A stretch of DNA of 64,000 bases from Camelus dromedarius (lineage: Eukaryota): NCBI RefSeq assembly GCF_036321535.1, contig NC_087437.1, positions 90,274,001 through 90,338,000 of the forward strand, read 5' to 3'. A model generated the notes under the pieces. It saw nothing but the letters and a program-made list of their open reading frames with translations. It was not told the origin of the DNA and ran no database searches. The translations under genes and the position numbers were made by a program. Shown one piece after another: positions 12,941-27,587 of the stretch (its first letter is position 1; each line of letters starts with the position of its first letter).

Positions 12941-15211
12941 CATCAAATATTGTTTAATAAATATTAACTACCCATTCAGCAAATATTGCTTAAGGGCCTA
13001 CTTAAAATACTAGTTTCTATACAACTATCTGGAGTTGCTTAAAGTCTAGTACAGTTTCATTCATGCCAGAAAGTGACCTCCTAAGAGAAGGGGTTATTTT
13101 ATTGCTTCTCTTTCTACAGCCCTTACTGCTAAGGACTCCTCGGTCACTGAAGTCCCCACTTATACTTACATCAGTCTCATCAATGACTTTTCTCACACAG
13201 GATCCATCAATACCTTGAAATACACGAATACGTGTGTAGAGAAAGAGCTAATGATGGTTGGTATGGAAGACCCATTTGCAGCATAGCTTGTCATACATGT
13301 AAAGAGTTCTGTCCGTGAGTCTCCAAATTAATGTTAACTATATATTAGTGATTTAAAAAAAAATATTTAAACCACAATCTCATCTTTCTACTCAAAAAGA
13401 GTTTAGAAGAACACAAGTAGTAAAAATAGCATACATTTTCATATTTTGCAATCAGCTCCACAAGTCCACATGTTATTTAAAAGTAAACTTTAGAAAAATA
13501 GGCAAATGAAATATTTTAATATAATCACAATACAAAAAAACCTCCAGTAAAAAAGATACTTTTGTACAAATATTCTTTGCATTTTGTATAGTTAGTTATG
13601 CGTAGAATGGATATCTTAATCTCTCTCCCAATTGTAATGTAAGAGATGCTACAGAAGTGAGGAATATTAACAATCCCAATAACTAATATTAATGTATGGA
13701 AGGACACCTGAGGGGACAGAGGTATTTGGTCCTTTGTGGGGAGAAGCAGCAAGGAGTTCAATAGAAGCTAGCACCATCTTTTACTACAGATGGATGATTA
13801 GCTGGGTCAACTGTGAGTTGTACTTTTTTCTCCCACAATGCCCTGGGAATAACATCATCCATCCCGAAAATATTATGAGGCAGAGAACTCCTAATGCCAG
13901 CCAGGTTTCAATTGGGTAACAACAGGGAAGCAATAGAAACTGACATGGTTGGAGAGCAGATAACAACAGATGCAGGCCAACATACCCTGAAACATCCATA
14001 GGGATGATCTAACAGGACTTAAAGAGAACAAATAAAAGCCTTCAGCATGGTTGCCTACAGAATCAACTTTTAAAAATCTACTATACTTTCTCATCAATTA
14101 TTCACCAAAAAATACGACAGAAAACATAATTTGAGATGTTATTACAAAGGCAAAAAAAGCAAAAAGACGGGAAGAATATCTATAAAAGATACCAAGAAAC
14201 AAATTTAGAGAGAGATTTTGCCATGGTGAGATGACAGCCCAAAATAATATGTAATTGTAATGAAATTATAGTGAAAATAAAAACCCTAATACAACTTCTG
14301 AGGATGTTAATGAAATTATTATAAAATGTAGGTTAAAAAATGAATGTCTATAAATATTTACATCAATTATTAAAAGAAGAGCAAATTGAATCAAATGCAG
14401 TACTTTTAACAGTATATCAATTTTGTGTTTTACAATTTATCATTGCAGCAATTGATAATTCTTGCATCAAAATACAGCATAGACCCTGATGATCAGGTTT
14501 GGGAAGACATTATTTGGGTATTTTTTTGATAGTCCACTTGAATAGAATTCCAAAGTAAATAGAATTTAGGGTTGCACTACAAGTTTTGTTGTCACTCATA
14601 CAGACTCCAATGTATAGAGGTCCCAGGAGGCCAAATGTCACTCAGCCTTTCATGAGGGCAGGCGACACCTGATCAAAAAGCAATAGAGCCAATGATTGTG
14701 GTCAGAAAATGTCCAGAGTTATTACAGTGGAAATGTCAAAGAGCCATCCACATGAAGGATCCTATATTTGATTTCATCTCGAAGGGGGATGTGACTAGTT
14801 TTTCAGTTTAGAGATTTGGCCTCCATCTCTCTTTGCTACAGATTATATAGTAGGAGAATGAGAGAGAGAAAGAGAGACAGAGACAGACTGATAGATGCCA
14901 CTCATAATAATATAGACCAGAGAACTGATGTTTGAGAGTGAAAGTGACAGCATAACTGTCACACCCAGTGTTCACCACACAGAGCTCATTAGTTCAGACT
15001 AGCTTTTGGATTATAAATTTTATTCTACTGTTATGTTTTCTACAGTTGTTTAACAAGAACATTTCACAAGCCTAACCTCAAATTCTATGAACACGCCACT
15101 GTAATTATGTAGCTCATTTAATATTCCCTGTGTAGACAATTTATCTCAATACCATACATATATAAGTGTTTGAAATAAAAGAGAGGCCGCAATGGTGGAT
15201 GGTGGAAGGTA

Positions 15212-15455
15212 ACGCAGCAGTTAACTATTTAGTGTAGTGACTGTATAATCAGAGTTCAAATCCTGTTCTACCACTTGCTATCTGTGGAACCCTGCAAAAT
15301 TTACTACTTTCTGTAGAGCCCAGGCATTCTAATCTGTAAAATAGGGATAATAGTGCTTAATTAAGTGGTAAAGTTTGAGGATTACCTGAGATGGTCCATA
15401 CAGAACTTCAGAATGGTGATTGGCATAGGTAAGTACTCAGTAAATTCCAGGTAAC
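15212..15455 (+). mobile_element. MIR relic, near full length
   Basis: 'gagttcaaatcctgttctaccacttgctatctgtggaaccctg...aatctgtaaaatagggataatagtg...ggcataggtaagtactcagtaaat'. Confidence 0.8.
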
Positions 15456-15897
15456 ATTCGTATATTGGTTTGCTGAGAGTGGCAAACACGCTACAATATT
15501 TGTAAAATTAATTCTAAGTTTGTATGAATAAATATTTTTACTAATGACACAATACTTTAAATTATTTATATTAGACTTTATTAATAGTGATTCATATTCC
15601 TAATTGGACTAATAATATATTTTGTGAAACAGGTCAGTATTAACAATGCTACTTTTAATTTTTTCCAGAAAGAATCTTCCTAAACTACTGGAGATTTTAT
15701 TTCTAGCTCTTGTTTTTCAAGATCTATTATCAATGAAGTAGAAATAAGTAAAAAGTTATGTTTCTTAGCATATTCAATAACATTAATCAAATCTCATCTG
15801 CACTGTCTCTTTAATATGCATAAAACAATGAGCAAATATCAGTATTGGAAAGAAGGGTAGAGACTACATTAAAGCACTTTTTGTTTCCTATGTATTT

Positions 15898-17015
15898 GTA
15901 ATAGACTGTTTTATTAAGTTTACAGAAAAATTATACAGAAAGTACAAGGAGTTCCCATTAACCCCTCTATCCCCACACAATTTTTCCTGCTATTAACATT
16001 TGAACATTTGTAAGAAGTATGGTACATTTCCTACAATGAATAAAACAATATTATTAATTAAAGTCCATAGTTGACAATAGGCTGTACTCTTTGTATTGTA
16101 AAAGGTCTGTGGATTTTGATAAACACATAATGTCACGTAGCCACCATTATGGTATCATACAGAATAGTTTCAATGAACTATAAAGTCCCCATAATCCAGG
16201 TATGCCTCCTTCTCTCTCTTACCCTGAGCCCTTGGCAACCACTAATTGTTTTTTTTTAATTGTCTCTATAGTTTTGCCATGCCCAGAATGTCATATGGTT
16301 GGAATCATACAGTAACTTTCAGACTAGTTATTTTTTTAATTGGTAATATGTATTTAAGGTTTTCTCTATGTCTTTTTGTGGCTTGATAGCTCATATCTTA
16401 TCACTGAATAATATTCCATTGTATGGTTGTATCACAGTTTGCTTATATATTTAACTATTGAAGGACATCTTGGTTGCTTCCAATTTTGGGCAATTATGAA
16501 AAAAAGCTGCTATAAACACTGGCGCGTGGGTTTTTGTGTAGACACAAATTTTCAACTAATTTGGGCAAATACCCAGGAGTGCAATCACTGGGTTATATGG
16601 TAAATCTGTGTTTAGCTTTTTAAGAAAAGGTCAAACTGTCTGTCAAAGTAGTTAACACCATTTTGCATTCCCACCAGCAATTCATCAGATTTTTTGTTAT
16701 TTCACATCTTTGCTAGCATTTGGTTTGGTCAGTGTTTTGCCAGTTTAGCATTCTTAGGAGTGTGTAATGGTATCTCCGTGTTTTTTGCAATTTCCTGAAG
16801 TAATACAGTATTGGGCATCTTTGCATATATTTATTTGCTATCTGTATATATTCTTTGGTTATACATATATTCAGATCTTTTGCCCATTTTTTGATTAGAT
16901 TGTTTATTTTCTTATTGTTGAGCATTCTTTATATATTTGGATACAAGCTCATTGTCAACTGTAGGTTGCACAAATATTTTCTCCCAATCTGTGGCCTGTC
17001 CTTTTTTCATATTTT
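15898..17015 (-). mobile_element. LINE-1 (L1MC/L1MD-like) 3' UTR and ORF2 C-terminus
   Basis: 'aagtttacagaaaaatt...gaaagtacaaggagttccc', 'ccttggcaaccactaatt', 'gaaggacatcttggttgcttccaattttggg'. ORF 16713..16925(-) 'NNLIKKWAKDLNICITKEYIQIANKYMQRC' is L1 ORF2-like. Confidence 0.9.
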
Positions 17016-17885
17016 TTAAATTAAAGAAGTACAAAAAAGAGACTGTACAATAATCTGATTATTCATGGTAAAGATCACAAACAAATATAAGCTCAGAGGA
17101 AAACATCTTAAAGAAGTATGCACAGTTGGGTGAGGGACACAGTCTTCCACATTAAGCCCTGCTTTGGTACTTTCTAGAAATGTCTCAGAGCTGCCTGAGA
17201 TCATGCTGTCCCTGTGTTCCTTTCTTTGACAGTTTTAAAAATAGTTTATATATTAGAGGCTTTGCCATATGTTGACCAGTAAATCAGCATTTTACGTTCA
17301 CATTGCACAAAACTACTAAAACAAAACAAATTTGAAATAAGACACTACAAAAAAGGAACCCAAGGGGGCGGAATTGAGAAACTGGCATGTTCCAGCTCAA
17401 TGAACTACTGCTTTGATTATTACCTCCTTTAGAAAGAGAAATAATGACATCTTTTTTCTCTTGTTTTTCAGAAGCCTGGGCTCAAAAAATATCAAAAGCT
17501 ACCCATCTCTACCTTCTTTTTTTGATAACTGGTCAATAAAGCTCCTGAAACACCCTACCTCTGTGTCCTTCATGGAACCCAGGAAGAGAAAACTGATTAT
17601 AATATCTGAGAGGTCCTGACCTGTGTTTGACCATCCCTCAATTCATTTTCCTTCCTTCTCTTTTATTCACCCTCTTCTTTTCTTCCTACTTTTCTGTTTT
17701 GATTATCCATGTTCACTCTGCATAGCAGTCAAAAATTGTAAAAAGCAAGTAACTATGGAAAACTAAAGAGGTGATGTCACAGTGTCAGAGCTGATGCTAC
17801 TACAGAGCCTCTCCCTCATGTGAATTAGGGATATTTTTCAAATAAAGAAAAATATGCACTGAATATATGGAAAAAACTTCCCAGT

Positions 17886-18244
17886 TCGTATGAACTGAAT
17901 TGTGTCCCCTCAAAATTCATATGTTTAAATCCTAGCCCCCAGTGATTCAGGATGTGACTGCATTTGGAAATAAAGCCTTTAAAGAGGTCATATAGGTGGG
18001 CCCTAATCCAGTATAATTGGTATCTTTATAAGAAAAAGTGATTAGAATGGAGAAAACCCACAGAGGACACAGTGAGAAGATGGCCATCTGTAATGCAGAG
18101 AGGAAGGCCTCACAAGAAACCAAACCTGCCAACACTTCAGTCTTAGACTTCCAGCATCTAGAACTGTGCAAAAATAAATTTCTGTTGTTTAAGCCACTGA
18201 GTTCATGGTATTTTATTATAGCAACTGTAGCAAACTAATATACC
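17886..18244 (+). mobile_element. MaLR solo LTR (MLT1B/C-like)
   Basis: Starts 'tatgaactgaattgtgtcccctcaaaattcatatgtt' and ends 'ttagacttccagcatctagaactgtg...aataaatttctgttgtttaagccac...gcaaactaatatac'. Confidence 0.9.
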
Positions 18245-20049
18245 AGGGGTCCTCATGTGTCCACCTATTGGCAAAAAGAAGGTTCAAGATGACATGAAAC
18301 TAGATTATTACAAATCAAACAAACAAAAAATGCCAACTATTTCTTGTACTTAAAAGATTTTAAGAGGATTATGCAGAATGGTTAATTTCTCCTGATTTTC
18401 TCTATATGAGCAGTATGTGATAGTTAATACTGCTGTTAATGAGACGTAAAAATAAAGAACAGCAGTAGAAAGGGTCTCCTGAAGCATTTGATAGAGCTGC
18501 TCCTTTCTCTCTGCACCTGCTTAGTTAAGCTTTTTAAGCACGAGTCTATTTGTTACATAACTGGATAATGACTTGATTTGAATGAGTTAACAATTTCACA
18601 CTTTCTAAGCATAAGGTGAATACTAAGTAAAATCACTAATCTAATATCCTCACGTAGGTCACTTTTATTACCTATAATGGAACAATGAGATAAACTTGCA
18701 CTTTCAAATTCAAACACTCGATTACTTGCACTAATGGAGGGGATAAGAACCACAGATAATCTGAGAGAGTGTCATTTTGGCTTAGCTTTGGAATACGTTT
18801 TGCATTCTCATTCCTTCATGTTTAATAGTCTAAGGACCCACATCCATCCAAATAATGAAGTTACAGTATTTAAAACAAATACCAGAATCTCTGAAGCCTA
18901 CCACCATACATCTGTGCCTAAGATTCCTTTATCACGTGCTCCTTGATGAGGAAGCAAGAAATAAATCTTGTAGTTTTTTGGACAAGGGAACAAATCCTCT
19001 AAGTTTTTAACATGTGCCATTTATCAGACCAGGCCAGCGCATAGGGAGAAAGATCCCCCATTAGATTTCTATTGCTTAATCTCTGCTGCTGCCAGTCTGA
19101 ATTGATTTCCCAGCATCACAGTTACTGGTCAGATTTAAATATGGGAAAGGTCATTATTTCCTGAGAACTTAATGTCTTTCTCATCAGTTTAATAGCACAA
19201 GTTAGCTTACAGATTCATTATTAATGGTGGAAAATAATGGAGTGACTGCTTTTAAAAAATGCATGATTAGTAAGTTACAGGCGTGATACGTAAAGGGCAA
19301 CAGTACATCTTTGGTATAACAAATATAACATTCAGTTTCAGAACAGACCTGAAATCCCATCCCCCCTGTATTCTTCAGAGTGTCCATGGTAATCAATATA
19401 AAACACAGATCCTATTTTGACAACCCATGCTTAGAACTATAAATGGCTTCTCATTGCATTTAACAGAAAAAAAAAAAAAACTTTTCTATGGCCAATTTCT
19501 ACTTGCTATGACACCTACCAGCTACCAGCAAACAAATATTTTTTTAAAACATTTTAAAACAAAAAAATTTAATGATACCCTAGGTTCGAGATTCCCAGAA
19601 ATAGGGGTGAAACAAAAACACTGATCCCATTATATTTTCCATATCAAATGGGGCAGACAAAAAGTAATGAATGACCATGCAAGAGAAAATATTTTAAGTG
19701 TACCAGTCATTTTTAAAGATGAAAGAAATTAAATTTTAAAGTTTTATGAAAGAGATGGCCTTAAAGATTGTTCTACTAAGTCATGGAGGAGTTAGAAATG
19801 TGTAGGCAGAGAGGACAATTTAGTTTGAGGGCATAATTTGAATAAGAGCAGTGAGATAAAAAAAAAAAACCTCAGTTGCCCATTTTGCTTTGAGCATAAT
19901 AATAAATACTAGCATATAAGCAAATGCTATCTTTTCACAGATGATATATAATTTTCCTACTAGCCAAATTAATCAGGTATTATTATCTCCAATGTATAAG
20001 TGAGCAAACTAAATGAAATGGAAAAGATCTAAGTGACCCATTATTCCAT

Positions 20050-20440
20050 ATCTTCCAGGAAGAAGATGCTAGGAGAGATGATTACATATACAAGAAATTT
20101 ATGAGAGAAAATTCCTGTGTCAGTTAAAGAGGTAGGAGCCACTAGAGGCTGGAACTGTCAGATTGTGAGGCAGCCCTACCCTGAGTGAAGGGGAGAAGGA
20201 AGGAAGAATAGTTGAGTGGAAACACTTTAAAGTGCAATGAAGTTTCAAGGAAACTTGGCAAGGCCATCTGGTATTCTTCAAAAGAATCACCATCAGAGGA
20301 ATCAATCGTCCTTCCAGAATGGACCTATCTTAATATCCCTGCCATGTTCAGCCATTGGCTAGGAGTATCTAGTGGGAAATGATGTTTCAATGCCAACCAC
20401 AGAACCTGGGGTCATAGGTCCAGTAGTTCCTGCAGAGATC
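20050..20440 (-). mobile_element. ERVL LTR relic (LTR16-like)
   Basis: 'caagaaatttatgagagaaaattcctgtg...gtcagattgtgaggcag...gtgaaggggagaaggaaggaag...cagccattggctaggag' resembles the antisense LTR16 family as recalled. Confidence 0.6.
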
Positions 20441-20749
20441 TATTCTCAAGGTTACCACAGTAACAAACCCAACAAGGCACTGAACAAATATTCCAACCAA
20501 CTCCATGTGATGAATTTAACCAAAATACAAAAAGAAACACACACACAAAAACCAGTATTATGTGTACATTTTTTTCTCACAGACTACATCTTTCAATAAT
20601 AATTTGGTCTCTAAATATTTTTTCACCATTAATTTAGTCATGATAAAATGTTGATTTCTTGTTGTATTCTTCTTAGATTGCATTTGCTAGAATTCTAGAT
20701 TTTCTTTTGATTTCTGAATATTTTCAATCAGTAACATTTTAGGTTTCAA

Positions 20750-20905
20750 AAGCCTAGATTGATCTAGAGGTCAATTAGTCTAACCTACTCATGTTACAGA
20801 TGAGCTAATTCAGGCCATGAGAAATTTCATGCCTTGCTCTGAATCCCTAAAAGAATTAGTGACAGTTGGGAGTGAGTGCAGATGTCCTGCCTCCTGTTTA
20901 CAGTG
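20750..20905 (-). mobile_element. MIR relic
   Basis: 'gaggtcaattagtctaacctactcatgttacagatgagctaattcaggcc...gaattagtgacag'. Confidence 0.65.
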
Positions 20906-21539
20906 GTTATCACCACTTCCCACTACTTTTTTCCTTCTATTTCTCATCTTTTATTAAGTTTAACTTTCCTTCTATGTAATTACTTCTATCATGATATCCT
21001 TATAAATTCATTTATCACGCCCTGCTTACTATTACATAAAAACTAGTATCCTTAAAGATTTAGCATAAATTGCATAGTCTCTTCTATTTTCGAAGAGTTT
21101 TCATAACTACCAGCTCATGTGATTTTCATTGTTTTTAGTTCAGTTGTTTCTTTCTCTATTTGGTCAACAACTATGAAAGTAGATTGCTATACTGGCAATT
21201 AGCTTCATTTATTTATTTCATTTTTGTGGCCAGTCCAATTACTAATGAAACCCATGTCATCTCCTGAATTTAGTCTCAACTTTGCTAAGCGAGCAAATGC
21301 TAAGAAAATGGAGGTTAATAGCAGTATTTTTTTCTTTCTGGCCTGCTCACTTTTATCGGTTTCAGAGACTAGTCTCAGAAAACTATGGATGTAAATGAAA
21401 TTGCGACTATTCAACAACTTTGAATTTATAAGCCTGGCAATTTCATGTTTCAACTTAATAGATTCCTGTCTTGAACATTTGGAACACTGAAACATTTGGG
21501 GAAAGTTTATCACAAGGAAATATTTCAGTTATTAAATTC

Positions 21540-22050
21540 ACAGAACATCAAAATCACATAAGTCTGTAGAGAATTCCTCACCCAATTCTTTACTCCAGGC
21601 ATGAATTCTGTAATCTCCGAGGCAGCTTACATCATCTGCTCTTTGAAGATATCTAACAACAGCAAGGCATTCTAATTTTAGACAGCTATAATTTTGAGGG
21701 AATTCTATCTCATATTAAATTTCCTAGGAAATCTACCCACTGATCTTAGCTTCTTGTGCCTTATAGACTCAGGTTAGAGTATCAACCACAAGACAATGTA
21801 TTCAGTATTTTTTAAAAAGCAGATTCTCCCTAACCAACCATTCTCTTCTTAAATTTAACTTCTCAGTAACCCTGATCATTCTTCCCATGGTATGAAGCCC
21901 TCTTTCTGGCATGGTCATTATCCTATGGGTATACCCTAGCTTATCAATGTCTCCTTCAAATATGGGTCCAATAACTGAATATAGTATTCCAGATATGATT
22001 TTAGCTGAGGAGACTTAAATTTAATATGACAATTACTTTCCTTGGCATAG
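21540..22050 (-). mobile_element. CR1/L3 LINE relic
   Basis: 'ttttagacagctataattttgagggaattctatctcatatt', 'tcagtaaccctgatcattcttc', 'atgtctccttcaaatatgggtccaataactgaatatagtattccagatatg' resemble antisense L3. Confidence 0.65.
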
Positions 22051-25000
22051 TCAATATAACCAATAACAATTATCATTGGATTACAAGCACAAACCCTAAA
22101 TGTTTAATCTAGTCAGACACTGAGATGCTTCCAAGGATCTGAACTGTTATGTTTGAAATTACAGAGGCAATCATAAAAAAGGATTGATATTTTTCACTTT
22201 CTATTTAAATGTGTTGGTAATGACAGACTATGTCACATTTAAACAGTGGTATAGAATGCTGAGTATATTGGTCTTTGTCTGTATCCCGAGGAAACATGTC
22301 ACCAAATTTCCCACCAAAAATTATTTTATATTAGAGACCACATCACAAATATCATCATCAAAATTGGAACTAATTGGCACTTTTCTCAGTTGAAATCCCA
22401 GGAACTAAAACAGACCTAGAAATTGCCTGAGGCTCATACATAACTTCTTTAAGAAAATACTAGCATATTGTAGGAATATCTATACGGATTTCTATTGTGT
22501 TACACTAGAGGTGCAAAAAATGAGAGTTCACATTAACAACTTATCAAAATTTGTGACTAATTGAACCAATAAACATAAGAATGTTTATTTCATCAGCCTT
22601 CACTCTAGCTGTTAACATTAGCTAATAATATTATTTCTTATGCAGACCTACTTATTCTAAACTCCATAGAGCTTAAGATAAATTTAAAATAATTAGTTTG
22701 AATCAAATTGTATGCAGTTGTATTACAATGATATCATTTCTCACCTTCAGTATAATCCCAGCTACTAAAATGTACTTGGCCGATATGCTCTTTCTTTAAC
22801 TGACAAATGTATAATGTTTTTCAAATGGAAAACAGTTTCTTTATATAGGTGAGGTTGTGAACAGTAGTTGTTTTGGCATCATGCAGGTTATAAGAATATT
22901 TTTTAAAATCAATATCAAGGTCACTAGGTAGCATATAACCAATTTTATTCACTTTTTTGACTAATGACTACAATTTTCTTTCACAGTAGCCTAACAGAGA
23001 AATGTAGTTGCTTTAAAGGCTTATTCACTGTATTAGCTCTCTTTGAAATATATGTTGAAAGAAGATACCAGGGTTTTTATATAAAAATAATGTATATTTA
23101 GGCAGAGCTGATGGCTACTTTTAAAGTGACAGTTACCTTCAATTACTGTTGGCAGCACTGTGACAGAGCAAGTGCAGTTCTGTTTTGAACTGAACAGTTT
23201 CGAAATGAACATTTTAGGTTATGACAAGGTCAGTGTTATTTTTGTTGTCTATTTCTTAGGGCATTACATTCAGAAGTGGCTGAGTTTCTCAATCCATTAA
23301 ATTTTACTAAAAAATAAATAAATAAAATAGAAATAAAGTAAAACAAGACAGAAAAGCTCTCTGATGAGGAAATTTTCTACTCTGTGTCAGTGCACACATT
23401 GCTCACCTTGGCAGTGTTATACAACACTATCCCTTTCTTCACTCCCAATATCCTATTATTTTTTCTTTCAGCAATTCAAAACCAGTACTATAATACCTCC
23501 TATGCCTTTTATGGTCTTCTCTTTCAAATTGCTCTTGGAGTAAGTCTTTAAGGTTTATACAACCGATAAGGTTTATAATCTTATATTTTACACAATTATC
23601 TTCATAATATTCAAGTTAATCATTGCTTGCAATCCTTTTCATCTTTTTTAATCTTATTTCTTGTAAGTTTCAACTAGGAGGCAAGGCAGACTTTCAGGGA
23701 CAGTCATGCAGGATAACTAGGTTATACTCCCGTGTTTTCAATAGTAACTAAAATACTATTTGCAATTCATTTAAATATCAGACTGATGGCCTCTGCATTG
23801 AGGATTCAATCCTGGAAACAGGGGACAAAGTTTTATCAGAAATGTTGAGTCATTATAGTTTGATCCTTTGCCTATGCATGCTAGAGATATTTTTATAACT
23901 ATTTAAACAATTGGGAAGTTTAGGATAAATGGATTTTTCTTCTCCAAATTATTTTTATACTGTTCTAACGGTAGATTTGGCTAAGCCTAGACTATGATGC
24001 ACTTCCAAGTAACCTTTCATCTATGTCAAGCTAGCATACAATTCCTATCTTTACAATTACTTAAAAAAAATACTACCTTGCATTTCACATAATCTAATAT
24101 TTTATTTCATAAACCAACTATGGTATTACAAATAAAATAAAGTTTGTTGTTATTATCAAATGTTCAAAGACATGAGAAAAGCTATCTATTGCAAAATGCA
24201 GTTTGTTTAGCTAGAAATGTTTTTAAATGATTGGCTTACAAACACACAGCTGAATGTCTGATTTCTCAGTATACGGTAAGTTTCTTTGAAAAGGAAAAAG
24301 AAACTGGACCAACATTTAAAAATTATAGAAATGTTTAAGTAAATGTAATTTCTTATCATTGATGGAAACATGGTCTTCTGAAAATGAAATAACACTTTTA
24401 TCATTATATTTCATTTTTTTAAATTTCCACTTATACTTAAAAAGATACTTAAACTCTATTTCTTATTTTCCTGAAAGTTGAGAATGAGACAGTCTGTTAT
24501 AATTCAAAAGTGTTGTATTTACAAGGACAAAAATAACATTAAATAGCCATAAATGATTCCTCAAATGCCTATAATTTTGCTGTTTTAATTTATTTTCAAC
24601 AATTGCTATCATTATGTTGGTATTAAGTATTATAATATTTTCATGCAGGGAAAGACTATTTATTTCTATTTATAAGAAAAGTCCCACAGATTAATATGCA
24701 AATAGAGGTGAGTTGGCATTTATATTTTTTAAAACAATTCCACTTTCAACTGCAGATTATAATTTTTTATTTCTAAATAGACACTACTTGATGTGTGTGT
24801 GTATTTAGAAATCCTTACACGCTGAAGTGCTCACATCCTTCATCTGTTACTGTGTTTCAGCTGAATCTACAATGACATATTTTCTGACGCTTTTCTGATT
24901 TCAGTTCCAGCCCTATATGAATGAAATTGGCTATGTTTATTTTATGGCTTTGTCAAATAAACATTAGCAAACAATGACGTTAATGTTATGATAAGTATAA

Positions 25001-27587
25001 AAAAAGATATACATACATACAGGCAAATGAATACTTCTATGCGAGCTATTTTGTTTAGTATTTTCTAAGCACTCTTACGTTTCGTGAACAATTACCCAAT
25101 ATTTTATACAAATTTAATTTTTCATTCAGTTTACTTGAGAATTAAATATGTAATATATAATTATAAGGAAGAATATGTTGTCACTTAATTACATTATATA
25201 TTCCTTTGAGGGAAAAATGAGGTTAGATGGTACAAGTAATAGACAACATAAGTGTAAATTTTAAGAAAAAGTACAAAAAAATCTCATTATAATAAACTTT
25301 TAATCAATGTTTTTATTACCTTTTTAATGATACTTTCTCACTTCTTTAAGAAGAGTATTATACATGGATACCCTATTAAAAATTATCTCTGCATTATGCA
25401 ATGATACAAATAGCTAAAATTCTGTAAATAATTATAAACACAATCTTTACGGTGGGATAAACAATAAATCAATCTTTCTGAAAAGGCAAATTTATAAAGT
25501 TTCTTTTATATGCCTTTTTTTTAAAACCAAAACGTTGAATGAGACAACATTACCTAACATTGGTGTCAATAAGGTATTTGGTAGCTTTTTGTCAATCTTA
25601 AAGACCAAGTTTATTGTATCAAAGAATTTGACTTTCTGGGTCATCTTTATCCATGATTTCTGAATTTAGAGTGATAATATAATCAGCCCTTATAAATGAA
25701 TCTCTGCATAGGCAATTGTCAAATTATCTATAAGTGCCTTAAATCTCATTTGGAAATGAAAGCTTACATAAATCATTTAAAAATATTAATAGACTAAGAC
25801 CCCAAAGTAATTTGCAAATATATTCTTTATAATTTGGGATAATATGTTCCCATTGAAATAATATTATAGAAATGTAGCTATGATTTCAGATGCAGCTATT
25901 TAAATTCTGCTAATGTCTCCAAGATATAGAAGCCAGTCATTATATATGTACAAATACATATACTGTATGATTTTTATGAAGAAGAGCTTGCAGAGTTCCA
26001 CTTTAAGATGTCAATTCACAGATGGGAGATAATCTCTCTCCTCTCACTACCCACTCAAGAAAAATTAGGTAGCATCATCACCAAGCTATTATTGGTAACA
26101 GCTTCTAGCCCCTCTATGAAGGAGATGTCCTCAAGAGAGAAGCACAAGTCTACGATTTTCTGAAAAGCTTAAGTATCTAAATAAGGGGGTGGGGGAGAAA
26201 GGAAAGAGATCATTTCAGTTTCAAGATTCATAATAAAAGCCTCCCTAGTGTTTGATGGAATATAAATTGAAACAGGTTCCCATAGTTCTCTAGATATGTG
26301 TTGCATTTAATTTCCTCCCCCGATTTCTTTAGCAGGAAAGGTATATCTTATCTGTAGAGTCAAATAAAGGCAGCATGACTTCACTTCATATCACATCATA
26401 TTAACTTATTTGTTATTTTGACATGTTTAGTTTTAGGGAAAAGTAGTCATCTTGATGGATATAGACTCAGCAAAGAATCTGGCAACATCTCTAAGAAAGC
26501 TTTGTGTGCAAGATGAAGAAATGCAGCCTGGATATGAAGAAAACTGACTGGTTGATAGGCTTAATGCAAATGATTAAGCTGAAGAACAGTCTAATTAAAC
26601 AACAACACTAATGTTAAAATGGGGGGAGAAGCTACAAGACTTCAGAAAATGCTGTTCTCTTTAATATATTCATTAGTAATTAACTGTCTTCTTCAATTTA
26701 TTAATTAGTGAGAAGAAAAAAATACTATTCTTTATGATATTTGGTAAAAAAATGATGCTAGAAGTGATTGTCAAAATGCCAAGAGACTAAAGTCTGGTTT
26801 CACAAAGGTCTCAACAGACTTACAGGACCACCCAAATAAGTCAAAATGAAGCAACTGATGTTTCTTATGACTTAACACCAAAGTTATCTAATTTCTTTGA
26901 CACCTTCTAAAATAGCATTATGGCATTACTAGACTTTTCCTGTCTGATATTTCCCTTCAGTCTCTATTTTTCTTCTAGAATTCCATAACCTTCATGGGTG
27001 AGCTATGGTTCTATATACACATGTTAGAATCATCACAATACTTATGATATGTTACTAGATACTTCATGTTTATTTATCTTCTCTCTGCCATTTTGTGTTT
27101 TATCTTCTATAAGCCTGTCAATTATATTTTTTCACTCAGAATTGCTTGGTAAGATTAGAGAGTTTCCGTCCATGATCTGCTCAAAGATTTTGGAAAGTAC
27201 AGAATTGGTAGTATTCTAAATTAAGTCAAATTAGTTCATTTTCAGACTAACGAAATGTGAATGTCGTGCACAACAATGTTTCAAATAAGCTTTTTTTCTT
27301 CTTTTTTTTGGGGGGGTGTGTGTGTGGTACACATGCCTAAAGAAACCTGATCTGTGATTTGAGCCATAGGCATAAATGTATCTGTGATTCGTGCTGCTTC
27401 ATTTTCAGACTATGAAGTCAAATTTGTGGGAGGAGGGTGATAGAGTGAGTGTCAATGCATTAAAAAAATTATAGCATTATTTATTTCCACATAAATTTGA
27501 GACACAACCTTTATAGCGATATTTAGGTGCATATATAGAAAAGCTTGTGCTTTCTAGAGAATTTTAAGGGCCAATCTTGTCTTTGTT

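Noticed and set aside
13680..14960. GC-richer patches that may be old LTR or L1 relics, with overlapping short ORFs
   Set aside because: I could not assign a family with confidence, and the ORFs lack recognisable homology.
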